From contig CAZETJ010000001.1 in assembly GCA_964514575.1 (NCBI GenBank), forward strand, positions 56,014-120,013: 64,000 nt of DNA. The letters run 5' to 3'. Numbering within the stretch: the stretch's first letter is position 1; each line of letters begins with the position of its first letter. Under the pieces are notes generated by a model, which searched no databases, was not told where the DNA came from, and saw nothing but the letters and a program-made list of their open reading frames with translations. This stretch comes from an uncultured Candidatus Saccharibacteria bacterium (lineage in GTDB: Bacteria; Patescibacteriota; Saccharimonadia; Saccharimonadales; UBA10212). A program made the translations under genes and the position numbers. Positions 10,043 through 19,980 of the stretch are shown piece after piece.

Positions 10043-10320
10043 TTCGGTTTTGCCCTCTTTTTTTCATCCGTTTTTCAACTAACCTAAGTCTTAATATAGC
10101 TAACCAGCGGGGGTTTTTCCACAGCCTTTCGAAAAAACACATCAGTAAATATTTCCGTATTGTCGACCCCGGAGGTTTGTACACATGCCAAATTTACACC
10201 GAACAATATGTGTATAACAGTTGGGTAAGAGTGGAAAAACTGCTAAGATTTGTGGGTTAACATTGTCAAATTCACTGCCGGGCTTGTTTAGTTAAGCCCA
10301 ACTTGCTATGAAAGGCCAAA
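10043..10320. promoter_or_regulatory. putative oriC / divergent promoter region between dnaA and rpmH, with degenerate DnaA-box-like 9-mers and AT-rich stretches
   Basis: The intergenic region is flanked by divergently transcribed dnaA and rpmH. It contains TGTGTATAA (10209-10217, 1 mismatch to TGTGGATAA), TGTGGGTTA (~10251) and TTTCCACAG (~10116), plus AT-rich runs (tttttttcatccgtttttcaac, cttaatatagc). Confidence 0.5.
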
Positions 10321-10458
10321 ATGCCCAAGCGAACCTACCAACCAAAGAAGAAACAACGCTCCCGTGAGCACGGCTTTATGAAGCGTATGGCCACCAAGGC
10401 TGGTCGTAACGTCCTTAAGAACCGCCGAGCCAAAGGCCGAACTCGTCTGTCACACTAA
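10321..10458 (+). CDS. rpmH: 50S ribosomal protein L34
   Basis: Translates to [45 protein letters not shown] (45 aa), the canonical L34 sequence. It is absent from the ORF track only because it is shorter than 60 aa. Confidence 0.9.
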   Translation: MPKRTYQPKKKQRSREHGFMKRMATKAGRNVLKNRRAKGRTRLSH

Positions 10459-10505
10459 ATAGCTGACAACTAGACAGGGCTGTAAGCGCCTGCCAAACTG
10501 TTGGT

Positions 10506-10850
10506 ATGATCTCTTCACTCCACCGTTTTAGGGGTTACGGTAGCTTGCGCCATGTTTACACGCGGGGTGAGACGGTTCGCGGGCCACTTTTTGCCGTAAA
10601 AGTCTTAGCCAACCCTCGGCGCGATGCTTTCCGAGTAGCCATCGTTGTTAGTCGAAAGGTTCATAAATCAGCCGTAATTCGCAACCGCATACGCCGACGC
10701 CTATACGAGGACTTGCGGCAACTGGCACCAAACTTTAAAGCCCCGCACGACATTGTTGTCACCGTTTTTCATGAAACTGTCGCCACTACTCCTGCAAAGG
10801 AGTTGTCCCGCCAACTCAGGAGCCAGCTAAAGAAAGCCGGCGTTCTCTAA
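10506..10850 (+). CDS. rnpA: ribonuclease P protein component
   Basis: Small basic protein (LHRFRG…R…F.V…) directly downstream of rpmH; conserved rpmH-rnpA synteny. Confidence 0.85.
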   Translation: MISSLHRFRGYGSLRHVYTRGETVRGPLFAVKVLANPRRDAFRVAIVVSRKVHKSAVIRNRIRRRLYEDLRQLAPNFKAPHDIVVTVFHETVATTPAKELSRQLRSQLKKAGVL

Positions 10851-10925
10851 CCTTGGTCGCTGCCTACCGAGCCTCACCCCAGACTTCGTGGTATTATAAA
10901 GTCCGAAGAGGGCTCGAACTAACCG

Positions 10926-11843
10926 ATGATTGCTAATATTTTCACGACTATTATCGTCCAGCCAATTTTTAACCTGCTGGTGCTGATCTATTCGATTTTA
11001 CCTGGCCATAATTTCGGCTTGGCCATTATTCTATTCACCATTTTGGTGCGCCTGCTGATGTGGCCGCTGGTTAAAAAACAGCTTCATCATGCCCGAGCGA
11101 TGCGCGAGCTTGCACCGGAGCTTAAAAAGATCAAAAAGGCGGCTGGCGGCGATCGCCAAAAAGAATCACAGTTGACCATGGAACTTTACAAAGAAAAAGA
11201 GATTAACCCCTTTGCCAGCATTGGCATCCTATTAGTCCAGGTTCCAATTCTAATCGGTCTTTATGCCAGTCTTCGACGAATCATTAACGACCCGCACCAA
11301 ATCATTACTTTCTCTTATTCCTTTTTGCACCACTTGCCATGGTTGCAAACACTAACACAGGACATCCATCGTTTTGATGATTCGCTGTTTGGGTTGGTCA
11401 ACCTGACGCGTACAGCTGTCGAGACCAGCGGAATTTACTGGCCGGCACTAGCCATTGTGATAGCTAGCGCAGCTGCCCAATATTTTCAGACTAAGCAACT
11501 AATGCCGCAAAATCCACAAGCCCGCTCGTTGCGTTCAATCTTGAGCCAGGCTGGACAGGGTAAACAGGCCGACCAAGCTGAAGTCAACGCCGCCGTTGGT
11601 AAAAGTACCCAATACCTAATCCCATTTATGGTGTTAATTATCTCCATTCGCTTGGCCGTGGCCCTGCCGCTGTACTGGTTGGCTAGCAGCTTAGTGGCCT
11701 ATATACAGCAATCCCGAGTGCTTAAGCACGACGCCGCACTAGCTGATGCCTCTATCGGAGCACAACCCGCAAAACTTATAGATAGTCCTGAGCCGGCCGC
11801 TAAGCTACGCAAAAAACCAGCCCGCAGGAGACGCCGTAAATGA
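10926..11843 (+). CDS. yidC: membrane protein insertase YidC (short, monoderm-type)
   Basis: Multi-TM protein with the conserved YidC/Oxa1 core (FTILVRLLMWPLVKKQ) and a basic C-terminal tail (KKPARRRRRK); conserved rnpA-yidC-jag synteny. Confidence 0.85.
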   Translation: MIANIFTTIIVQPIFNLLVLIYSILPGHNFGLAIILFTILVRLLMWPLVKKQLHHARAMRELAPELKKIKKAAGGDRQKESQLTMELYKEKEINPFASIGILLVQVPILIGLYASLRRIINDPHQIITFSYSFLHHLPWLQTLTQDIHRFDDSLFGLVNLTRTAVETSGIYWPALAIVIASAAAQYFQTKQLMPQNPQARSLRSILSQAGQGKQADQAEVNAAVGKSTQYLIPFMVLIISIRLAVALPLYWLASSLVAYIQQSRVLKHDAALADASIGAQPAKLIDSPEPAAKLRKKPARRRRRK

Positions 11844-12319
11844 AAGACGATATCGAAGAGGCGATCTTATATGCTAAAAAATATATCGAGGATTTACTCA
11901 GCTTCTTCGGTCTGAATGCTGACGTTCACGCTACTACCGAAGACAGCGAGGTAATTGAGCTTGACGTACCATCAACCCATCTCAACGGCTTTTTAATAGG
12001 CAACCGCGGGGAGACCATGCGGGCATTGCAGCAAACGATTGGCTTCGCTCTCAGGAACCAAGGCTACAGCCATAGCCGGGTTAATGTGGACGTCGCTGGC
12101 TACAAACAGCAGCGCGCCCAGCGCCTGGTTAAAGAAGCTGAAGGCTGGTTTAGGGAAGTTCAAAAAAGCGGCCAGCCGAAAGAATTGTCGCCCATGAACG
12201 CCGCCGACCGCCGAACCATTCATAAAGCTGCCGTTGATTACGGTCTATCGAGTGAGTCGGCTGGTTTCGGGCGTGATCGGCACATTGTCTTAAAACCAGA
12301 AGAATCAAACGAAGCTTAA
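11840..12319 (+). CDS. jag: Jag/KhpB-like RNA-binding protein (KH + R3H domains)
   Basis: 4-nt overlap with yidC; KH-like GNRGETMRALQ and a C-terminal R3H-type region (ADRRTIHKAAVDYGLSSES.G); classic gene order. Confidence 0.75.
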   Translation: MKDDIEEAILYAKKYIEDLLSFFGLNADVHATTEDSEVIELDVPSTHLNGFLIGNRGETMRALQQTIGFALRNQGYSHSRVNVDVAGYKQQRAQRLVKEAEGWFREVQKSGQPKELSPMNAADRRTIHKAAVDYGLSSESAGFGRDRHIVLKPEESNEA

Positions 12320-13407
12320 CCGCCCAGAACCTGCTTATAAACTGCTAGGGTCTGCTCAGCCATGCGCCGCCAAGAGTACTTAGCAGCTTGGGTGCGGCCC
12401 TTTTTAATAAGCTGGTCTCGTAGGTCGCTAGACTCCAAAACATCGTTTATTTTGGCAGCTATATCGTGGGGGTCTTGCGGATCAAAGTAGTGGGCAGCCG
12501 AGCCATAAATTTCCGGCAAACAAGTAGCATTACTGGAAACAACCGGAGCGCCGTGGGCCATAGCCTCTAGCCCCGGCAGGCCGAAACCTTCGGATAGAGA
12601 AGGGAAAATATAGGCAGACGTCTGTTCGTAAAGCCAGCGTAACTGGCCTTCGGTGACAAAATCCGTAAAAACAACATTTGCGATACCGCCGTCACGGACT
12701 CTTTTTTCTATTTGCTCATAAAGCACATCTTTTTTGCCGGCTAATACTAACTGTAGGCTAGGCCAGTCCTTTTGTAACAACTGAAAGGCTTCTATTAGTC
12801 GCCAAAGGTTTTTGTGGGGCAGAGGCCGACCAACATACATAATGAATTTGCCAGCAACGACACCTTTAACGTACTTGGCAGGATCAGTTATTTGATCGGC
12901 GGCCAGATAGGTAACATGAATTTTTGATGGGTTAATGTGGGTGTAGTTGGCAATGTCCTGTTTTACGAACTTGGAGATCGTAAAAATAGCCTTAGATTTT
13001 CTAACTACCCATTGAACCACGCCGCGATAGACCCACTGTTTAAACTTAAACACCAAATAGTTTTTGGCAGGGTTGGTAAAACGGGCGGTGGTCAAATCAT
13101 GAATAGTGGTGACGGTTCTACCGAAGTAAAAAACTGGTTGGTGGGTCATTGTAAAGTGCACCAGATCCGGCTTAAACGAGTAGAGCTGAGAAGCCAGCTT
13201 GGTCTGCTCGCTCAGCGAGAACTCTTTGAAGTTCGATTCTCGAACCGCAAAGTCCGGCGTAGCTCGTTTAAAAAAGGCTACACGATGTGGTTTGGTATGG
13301 ATGACAATCTCGAATTCCGGTTTAAGTTCGTGCAGATTCTCAATCAGTTTATCGATATGACGGCCAGTGCTGGTACCGGATTCACGAGCCTCAATAACGA
13401 CTTTCAT
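12316..13407 (-). CDS. glycosyltransferase family 1 (GT4-like)
   Basis: C-terminal GT-B motif EGFGLPGLEAMAHGAPVVSS. Confidence 0.8.
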   Translation of the reverse strand: MKVVIEARESGTSTGRHIDKLIENLHELKPEFEIVIHTKPHRVAFFKRATPDFAVRESNFKEFSLSEQTKLASQLYSFKPDLVHFTMTHQPVFYFGRTVTTIHDLTTARFTNPAKNYLVFKFKQWVYRGVVQWVVRKSKAIFTISKFVKQDIANYTHINPSKIHVTYLAADQITDPAKYVKGVVAGKFIMYVGRPLPHKNLWRLIEAFQLLQKDWPSLQLVLAGKKDVLYEQIEKRVRDGGIANVVFTDFVTEGQLRWLYEQTSAYIFPSLSEGFGLPGLEAMAHGAPVVSSNATCLPEIYGSAAHYFDPQDPHDIAAKINDVLESSDLRDQLIKKGRTQAAKYSWRRMAEQTLAVYKQVLGG

Positions 13408-14783
13408 TTTAAAGCGCTTTGACGGGATTTATTGTCAGCAAAACTAGCTGTTAAGAGTAGCCCAACTACGATCCAAAGCCGGGTTAGCAATATAGAATGG
13501 AAGAAATTGCTCTGGACCAGCATACCAATCATTACCAGCGTCATAGCCGCCGCTTCTCCTTTCCAAGAGTTCTTAAATAAGCGGTACATAATCACAAGGA
13601 CTGCGATAACTAGCGGCGCAAAGGCCACAACTCCCAACAGGCCCAAGTCGACGAGCAAACCCAAAAAATCATTGTTGAAGGGCTGCAGTGAATCGGGATT
13701 AGCACCGTGGTTATATTTATCGAGATTTAATCTGATCCTGCTGTTGTAGCCGCCGACGCCCTGTAAAGGTTTTTCTTTAAAATAAGTAAAAGCCTTTGGC
13801 CAGAGCTTATAGCGGGTTTGGGCAGAGGCATCGAGCACATTTACGCCGTGGCCCGTAAATATTTCGACATTGCCTATACCGGAGCCAGAACCATTGATGG
13901 AGTGTTTAGGGATGGCTTTCGAAAGCGCCCCAGCAAAGCCGATTAAAACAAGTGTAGTGATGAGTCCAATCGTCCACCACCTTGCCATAAAAATCCAAAA
14001 ATCCTTGAGTTTATGGCGATTTCTCATACCCCAAATTAAAATAAGCCAACCCAGGGCAACGGCAATAATGGCGCCGCGTGCTATTAGAAGAAAGACTAAC
14101 GTTGTTAAAGAGCCAAATAGTAAAAGATGGGGTCGACTGCGGCGGAGCTTATTATCCCTCAAAAAATCAAATGTTAACAACCAAATCGGTATTAAAAGGT
14201 AATTCGCGAAGTAGAGGGGTTCAAGCGAAGTTGACTGTACCCGAGGGAAAACATAAGTTGAATATTGTGAAGTACAGCAATGTTGCAGGTCGGTCACTTT
14301 TGTTGAGATTCCAAATACATCGAAAAAGAACTGAAAGAAAGCATAGGCTACGACTATTGCGCTAACAACGTAAATTGTTTTCTTTACCAATAACCACAAT
14401 TGCTGAGGTCGTTCAGAAACTAGAACGAAGAAGCAAAACGCTCGTAGCGTCACTGACAGTAAGTCTTTCGTGGCCCCTAAGGTAAAAGATCGGTCTATCG
14501 CGTAGGTAGAACTAAGGGCATAAGCAGCAACCGGGAGAGCTAAAATAGTACCAAAAAAGAAGTACCGCCTAAGATCCCCAAAGCGACCAACTGACCAAAC
14601 GTTTAACAAACGCCCGCTTACAGCGATCAGTAGTAAAACCAAGGATATAAAACCTAGACTGAGCGGAACGTGATGTATGTATGGGAATCGGTCAATTGGC
14701 AAGAGCGCCAAAGTAATAACAACGCCCAGAAACTCCGAGTAATTAACAAGCCTGCGCCAGTACATTTTTGGGCTCTGCACCAT
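13404..14783 (-). CDS. O-antigen ligase/polymerase-like (Wzy_C domain) polytopic membrane protein
   Basis: ~12 predicted TM helices with a large periplasmic/external loop, as in WaaL/Wzy/PglL-type proteins; 4-nt overlap with the adjacent GT. Confidence 0.55.
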   Translation of the reverse strand: MVQSPKMYWRRLVNYSEFLGVVITLALLPIDRFPYIHHVPLSLGFISLVLLLIAVSGRLLNVWSVGRFGDLRRYFFFGTILALPVAAYALSSTYAIDRSFTLGATKDLLSVTLRAFCFFVLVSERPQQLWLLVKKTIYVVSAIVVAYAFFQFFFDVFGISTKVTDLQHCCTSQYSTYVFPRVQSTSLEPLYFANYLLIPIWLLTFDFLRDNKLRRSRPHLLLFGSLTTLVFLLIARGAIIAVALGWLILIWGMRNRHKLKDFWIFMARWWTIGLITTLVLIGFAGALSKAIPKHSINGSGSGIGNVEIFTGHGVNVLDASAQTRYKLWPKAFTYFKEKPLQGVGGYNSRIRLNLDKYNHGANPDSLQPFNNDFLGLLVDLGLLGVVAFAPLVIAVLVIMYRLFKNSWKGEAAAMTLVMIGMLVQSNFFHSILLTRLWIVVGLLLTASFADNKSRQSALK

Positions 14784-14852
14784 ATCATCTTAACATAGCT
14801 AACCCCTTATAAGTTATACTAGTGGAGTAAATAACCGGGGGAATATATATCC

Positions 14853-15884
14853 ATGCCCAAACAGCCAAGACGAGCACTAATTACCGGAATCACTGGGCAG
14901 GACGGTAGTTACCTGACCGAGCTGCTATTGAATAAAGGTTATGAAGTTTACGGCATTGTTAGACGATCGAGCTCTCTCAACACAGACCGCATTGACCATA
15001 TCTACCAGGATCCGCACGAAAAAAAGACCCGCCTTCAGCTCATATTCGGCGACCTAACCGACACTAGCACCGTTTATAATATTTTGACCCAAGTACAGCC
15101 AGATGAAGTTTACAATTTGGGCGCCCAGAGCCATGTGCGAGTGTCTTTTGAGCTGCCCGAATATACCGGCGATAGCGTTGGTCTGGGCGCAGTAAGGCTC
15201 TTGGAAGCTATACATCGCCTAGGCCTAAAAACCAAATATTATCAAGCTGGTTCCAGTGAGATGTTTGGCAAGGTTAGAGAAATTCCCCAAAATGAAAACA
15301 CGCCATTCTACCCGCGCTCTCCGTACTCTGTAGCTAAAGTTTATGCTCACTGGATCACCGTCAATTACCGCGAAAGCTACGACATGTTCGCCTGCAACGG
15401 AATTCTTTTTAACCACGAAAGTCCGCGCCGGGGCGAAACATTTGTAACCCGGAAAGTAACTCGAGCAATTGCTCGAATTTTGGCCGGGCTCCAAGACGAA
15501 ATCTATATGGGTAATCTAGATTCTAAGCGCGACTGGGGGTACGCCAAAGAGTACGTCGAAGCCATGTGGCTAATGCTCCAGCAGGAAAAACCTGACGATT
15601 ATGTTATCGCTACCGGCGAAACTCACTCAGTACGTGAATTTGTTGAAGAGGCCTTCAAGTTGGTCGGTTTAGATTGGAAAAAATACGTCAAGTTCGATAA
15701 GCGTTATTTGCGGCCGGCGGAAGTCGATGTGCTTATCGGAGACGCCAGCAAGGCCAAGAAAAAACTCGGTTGGAAACCAAAAACCACTTTTTCCGAACTG
15801 GTCAAAATTATGGTCGACGCCGATATTGCCGAGCTTGAAGACCAGCTTCAAGGAAAGGTAAAGCTTCGTCGAGAAGTGATATAG
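14853..15884 (+). CDS. gmd: GDP-mannose 4,6-dehydratase
   Basis: N-terminus [33 protein letters not shown] and a YxxxK catalytic region ([11 protein letters not shown]) are highly characteristic of Gmd; 343 aa. Confidence 0.9.
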   Translation: MPKQPRRALITGITGQDGSYLTELLLNKGYEVYGIVRRSSSLNTDRIDHIYQDPHEKKTRLQLIFGDLTDTSTVYNILTQVQPDEVYNLGAQSHVRVSFELPEYTGDSVGLGAVRLLEAIHRLGLKTKYYQAGSSEMFGKVREIPQNENTPFYPRSPYSVAKVYAHWITVNYRESYDMFACNGILFNHESPRRGETFVTRKVTRAIARILAGLQDEIYMGNLDSKRDWGYAKEYVEAMWLMLQQEKPDDYVIATGETHSVREFVEEAFKLVGLDWKKYVKFDKRYLRPAEVDVLIGDASKAKKKLGWKPKTTFSELVKIMVDADIAELEDQLQGKVKLRREVI

Positions 15885-15889
15885 GTTGC

Positions 15890-17035
15890 TTAGGCAAGCT
15901 TTTCGAGCACAGCTATTAATTGTTCAGCTGATTTTTCCCAGCTGAATTTTCGGGCTTGGGTTAAGCCCTTGGCTCGTAAACTGGCAGCCAGTTTTTGGTC
16001 AGTTAAGACAGCCGCTATCTGCCTGCTCAAGTCGTCAGTGGCATCGGCCTTAATTTTAATAGCAGCGTCGCCGACGACCTCAGGCAAAGACGAATTATCG
16101 CTAGTTATGAGCGGTACGCCACAAGCCATAGCCTCCAGCGGGGGGATGCCAAAGCCCTCATAAAAAGACGGGAAGACAAATAAGCTGGCGCCGGAATAGA
16201 GAACTGGGAGATCCTCGTCGGTGACATAGCCAGGTAAAATAATTCGCTCCTGATTTGCCTGCAGTTGAGCAATCTTTTGACCGATAGACTCATCGTTCCA
16301 GCCCTTCCCACCAGCTAAGACTAAAGCATAGTCGCTTTTTAACTCAGGCTTAAGCTCAGCGTAGGCTTCGAGTATGCCGACGATATTTTTACGTGGTTCC
16401 AGCGTGCCAACAAATAAAATATATTTTGTCGGCAAATCAAATTTTTTACGCAACCGATTAACTTCGTTGGCAGGTCTCGGGTAATAATGCTTGTGATCGA
16501 CCGCATTTGGAACAACCGAAATTTTACTGGCACTAATCTCAAAGTTTTTTAATATGTCTTTCTTGGTAAAGTCCGAAACAGCAATAACATGCCGGGATTC
16601 GATAATCGATTTGGGCACAAATCGCCTAAGATATAGCAGATTTTTGCGTTGGACGTAATCTGGGAAATGGATGTATGACAAGTCGTGGATGGCAACTATA
16701 CCAGCTGTTTTTTTGCGCAAGTTAAACATCACAAAGTTAAAAAATAAAAAGGCATCATAATTTCGTAGGGCTACCAAGTCATAAGGTAGAAACCGGCCCA
16801 GACGTTTGAAGACCTGGAAGTAAACTGCTGGGGGAAACCAGCGGACTATCCGATAGGTCAGATGCGAAGAAGGCGGGATCGGTGGAGTGAATCTTCTGAA
16901 AGGCAAGTAGTGTCTAACAACTTCAAATTTAATTGGTGAGTCTATTTTCGAGACCGCCTCGGTCAACTTATAAGCATACTGGCCGACACCGGTGCGGGGC
17001 TTAAACAACAAACTACTTTCAATGCCGACCTTCAT
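15890..17035 (-). CDS. glycosyltransferase family 1
   Basis: GT-B C-terminal domain (…EGFGIPPLEAMACGVPLITS…). Confidence 0.75.
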   Translation of the reverse strand: MKVGIESSLLFKPRTGVGQYAYKLTEAVSKIDSPIKFEVVRHYLPFRRFTPPIPPSSHLTYRIVRWFPPAVYFQVFKRLGRFLPYDLVALRNYDAFLFFNFVMFNLRKKTAGIVAIHDLSYIHFPDYVQRKNLLYLRRFVPKSIIESRHVIAVSDFTKKDILKNFEISASKISVVPNAVDHKHYYPRPANEVNRLRKKFDLPTKYILFVGTLEPRKNIVGILEAYAELKPELKSDYALVLAGGKGWNDESIGQKIAQLQANQERIILPGYVTDEDLPVLYSGASLFVFPSFYEGFGIPPLEAMACGVPLITSDNSSLPEVVGDAAIKIKADATDDLSRQIAAVLTDQKLAASLRAKGLTQARKFSWEKSAEQLIAVLEKLA

Positions 17036-18111
17036 GGCAGATCTTTCTGTTGAACAAGGTCATGATAGACCGCCAGCGTCTGTTGAACAGTGTTATTAAT
17101 TGAAAAATCCTTTTCTATTCTCTTGCGTGCTTTTTCGCGCATATGTTCATATCGAGAAGTGTCTCTAGCTAAAGAAGAAATTTCTGTCAGGAATTTTTTG
17201 GCGTCAAACTGCGTGATAAGTATCCCCGTGCCGTCTGTCAGCAGCTCATTAGGGCCACTGACCGCAGTCGATATAACAGGCACGCCACAAGCCATGGCTT
17301 CGAGGGCTACAAACGGGAGTCCCTCGTAGAATGAAGTCATACAAAGGACCGAAGCTTGACGATAAATTTTCGCCATGGCTTGTGGTTTTTGCGAGCCGAG
17401 TAAGGCCAGGTTTGGCGAGCGTTTTTTGTTTATCTCGCCCAAGCGATTACCGTCACCAACCATACGAAATCGCAGAGGCGAGCCTTGCTTGTAAGCCAAT
17501 TGGGCTATTTGTAGAAATAGATCGGGATTTTTTTGAGCCTTTTCGACCCGACCTATCCATGTAACGTATTGACCCGGCTGCCCATTGTATTTAAAACTTG
17601 CCGGGTCCACTCCATTATGAATGACGATACATTTTGTAGAATTGACGCCGCGTTTAACCAATTGCTTTTTGGCTTCACCACTGACGCAGATTATTTTATC
17701 TAGACTATTCAAAACTCTGGCGACATAGGTGTCATAGTCTCGCGAGATTATGAAATCGACGTGCAGAGTCAGCATCAGAGGACGCTTACGAATCGCTTCT
17801 ATTAAAGCTCCGTCGAACCACTGGATGTTAATGGCATCATAGCGATCGAAGTTATAGAAACAGCCAATAAGCAGCCGATAGTATAGGCGTTTCAGCCGGT
17901 GTGTTCGTCGGAGTAACCTATCAAAAAACGTAGGAAAAAGCGGCAACCACAAGGTTTCAACTCTATCTCCAATGAAATTCTTTATAAAACGAGGACCCAG
18001 AATTGTAACAACATAGTCTGACCGTAGCTCGTCAACGATTTTTCTAAGATAAGCTTCACCACCACCAAAATTTTTGGCAGACGAAATTATTAGAAGTCTT
18101 GGCCTAGTCAT
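17032..18111 (-). CDS. glycosyltransferase family 1
   Basis: GT-B motif YEGLPFVALEAMACGVPVIST; 4-nt overlap with neighbours. Confidence 0.75.
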   Translation of the reverse strand: MTRPRLLIISSAKNFGGGEAYLRKIVDELRSDYVVTILGPRFIKNFIGDRVETLWLPLFPTFFDRLLRRTHRLKRLYYRLLIGCFYNFDRYDAINIQWFDGALIEAIRKRPLMLTLHVDFIISRDYDTYVARVLNSLDKIICVSGEAKKQLVKRGVNSTKCIVIHNGVDPASFKYNGQPGQYVTWIGRVEKAQKNPDLFLQIAQLAYKQGSPLRFRMVGDGNRLGEINKKRSPNLALLGSQKPQAMAKIYRQASVLCMTSFYEGLPFVALEAMACGVPVISTAVSGPNELLTDGTGILITQFDAKKFLTEISSLARDTSRYEHMREKARKRIEKDFSINNTVQQTLAVYHDLVQQKDLP

Positions 18112-19075
18112 ACTTACCTGTCTCTCTAGCTCGGTATTGCTTAGAAAAGCGGTACCTTAAAAACCTAAGCACAGGATTACCCAACAGCAGGCGTAGGTAG
18201 ACAAAGAGTCTATGCCGATTGGGGGTCAGCCAGGCCAGAGGGTTATAACTCAGCATTCTAATAAACGCCTGACGAGCCGACTGCCTGTCGTTGCCATCCA
18301 GATATAATGAACAGGCCTGCCCGAGGCAAGCAGAGGCTAGTCTGGCACGGTTGAGCGGCCCGAGCTCAAATTCATCAATCATAATCGGTAATGCGTAATC
18401 GAGTCCACGGGCTTTTTCTAAGAACTTAGGTCGGGAGCTGGCAGCGCCAACTCGATAAGCCGCTAAGAACTCAGGAACGTAATCAATCGTGTAAGACCGA
18501 GCAACTCTTAACCATAGCTCCCAATCTTCTGCCATAGCAAAATCTTCACGGAATGCACCAATTTCCTCAAAGACTTCTCGACGCAGCATGACAATACTGG
18601 CGCTGCCTGAAATGTTGTTACCGCTAAGCAAATATTTAAATAAATCACCCCGTTTCTTGTCGGCTATTTTTGAGGTGATTCTACCAGTTTCGTCAATAAC
18701 TTTGCACAAACCGTAGACCATGCCTAACTGCTTATCCTCGGTAAGCAGAGCTAGTTGTTTTTGCAGTTTGGCAGGATACCAAATATCATCGGAGTCTAGA
18801 AAAGCTACATAGGGCGACTTCGACCTTTTAAGCCCATAATTGCGAGCTGCCGAACGACCCTTCTTAGGATTTTTGATATAAGTCACTCTATGGTCGGCTA
18901 TACCTTTAACATACTCGGCTGTAGCGCCATTATCAGTTGATCCATCGTCTACCACATAGAGCAACCAGTTGTGGTGGGTCTGTTTTATAACACTTTCTAT
19001 CGCTTCTTTTAAATAGGGCATGCTGTTATACGTTGGGATAATGACGTCGACCGGAAAATCTGAGCTTGTCGTCAT
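18104..19075 (-). CDS. glycosyltransferase family 2
   Basis: N-terminal GT-A signature VDVIIPTYNSMPYLKEAIESV…VVDDGSTD and a DxD (DSDD) motif. Confidence 0.8.
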   Translation of the reverse strand: MTTSSDFPVDVIIPTYNSMPYLKEAIESVIKQTHHNWLLYVVDDGSTDNGATAEYVKGIADHRVTYIKNPKKGRSAARNYGLKRSKSPYVAFLDSDDIWYPAKLQKQLALLTEDKQLGMVYGLCKVIDETGRITSKIADKKRGDLFKYLLSGNNISGSASIVMLRREVFEEIGAFREDFAMAEDWELWLRVARSYTIDYVPEFLAAYRVGAASSRPKFLEKARGLDYALPIMIDEFELGPLNRARLASACLGQACSLYLDGNDRQSARQAFIRMLSYNPLAWLTPNRHRLFVYLRLLLGNPVLRFLRYRFSKQYRARETGKYD

Positions 19076-19980
19076 GGTCGGGGCTCCTGTTTATTCCTAC
19101 CAGGCGCTATATTTTTGTGTAGCTTATGACGAAACTCATCGTAGCGACGGTCTTTTAGTAGCAGGTAGCCTCGCCCTAAGCGATTAAGATTTGCCAACAG
19201 GTGCGGATACCTCGCAAGATAATGGTTTTTAAAGAGAGGCGATGCAAATCTGCCACCGTGGGAGCGGCTAATTTGGCTGACTTCCTTCCAGAATTTTTTC
19301 TCGAGCAAGACTGTTTTAGAGGCGGGATGGAATCGGAATTTTGACCACACTCCATCAGCCCTAATGCCGCCATATCTTTTACCAATCCTGATCCATAAAT
19401 CATAATCCATGGCGTAGTGGTATTTTGGATTGAGCAAGCCTACTGCAAATAGGGCCTCTCGTCTCATAAAAGTAGAGGGCTGAGGCACAAAATTTCCCTC
19501 ACGAATCTGTCTCCTGACATCGAAAGGTTCTGGTACTTGAAGCCTGACCAGCCTACCTTTTTCATCAACTTCTTCCATACTGGCGTAAACTAAGCCAATC
19601 TTGGGGTGAGCTCTGAAAACTTTCAATGCTTCCGCAAAAGCTCCTGGCATATAAACATCATCAGAGTTTATCCAAGCGACATATTCGCCAATTGCTTTGC
19701 GGAAACCCTGGTTTATAGCGTCGGATTGTCCGCCATCAGGGTGGCTCCACCAACTCAAATCAACCCCGCTATTTTTTAGGGGATACTTCTTGTCCCTGAT
19801 CAGCTGATCGTACTTTTTGATAATCTCTACGCTGTTGTCAGTAGAATCGCCGTCAGCCACAATGTATTGAATTGAAAAATCCCCAGCCTGATCGAGCACG
19901 CCCTTAATAGTTTCCTCCAAAAAGGCTGCCTGATTAAATGAAGGCGTGACGATTGAAAAAGTCGCGGTAGGCTTAGCCAT
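19072..19980 (-). CDS. glycosyltransferase family 2
   Basis: FSIVTPSFNQAAFLEETI…ADGDSTD…NSDD are GT2 hallmarks. Confidence 0.8.
   Translation of the reverse strand: MAKPTATFSIVTPSFNQAAFLEETIKGVLDQAGDFSIQYIVADGDSTDNSVEIIKKYDQLIRDKKYPLKNSGVDLSWWSHPDGGQSDAINQGFRKAIGEYVAWINSDDVYMPGAFAEALKVFRAHPKIGLVYASMEEVDEKGRLVRLQVPEPFDVRRQIREGNFVPQPSTFMRREALFAVGLLNPKYHYAMDYDLWIRIGKRYGGIRADGVWSKFRFHPASKTVLLEKKFWKEVSQISRSHGGRFASPLFKNHYLARYPHLLANLNRLGRGYLLLKDRRYDEFRHKLHKNIAPGRNKQEPRP

Noticed and set aside
15888-15903. Short hairpin (gctt-aggc-aagc + tttt) between convergent gmd and the GT gene
   Set aside because: The stem is only 4 bp and overlaps the stop codon of the minus-strand GT, so it is too weak to call a bidirectional terminator.
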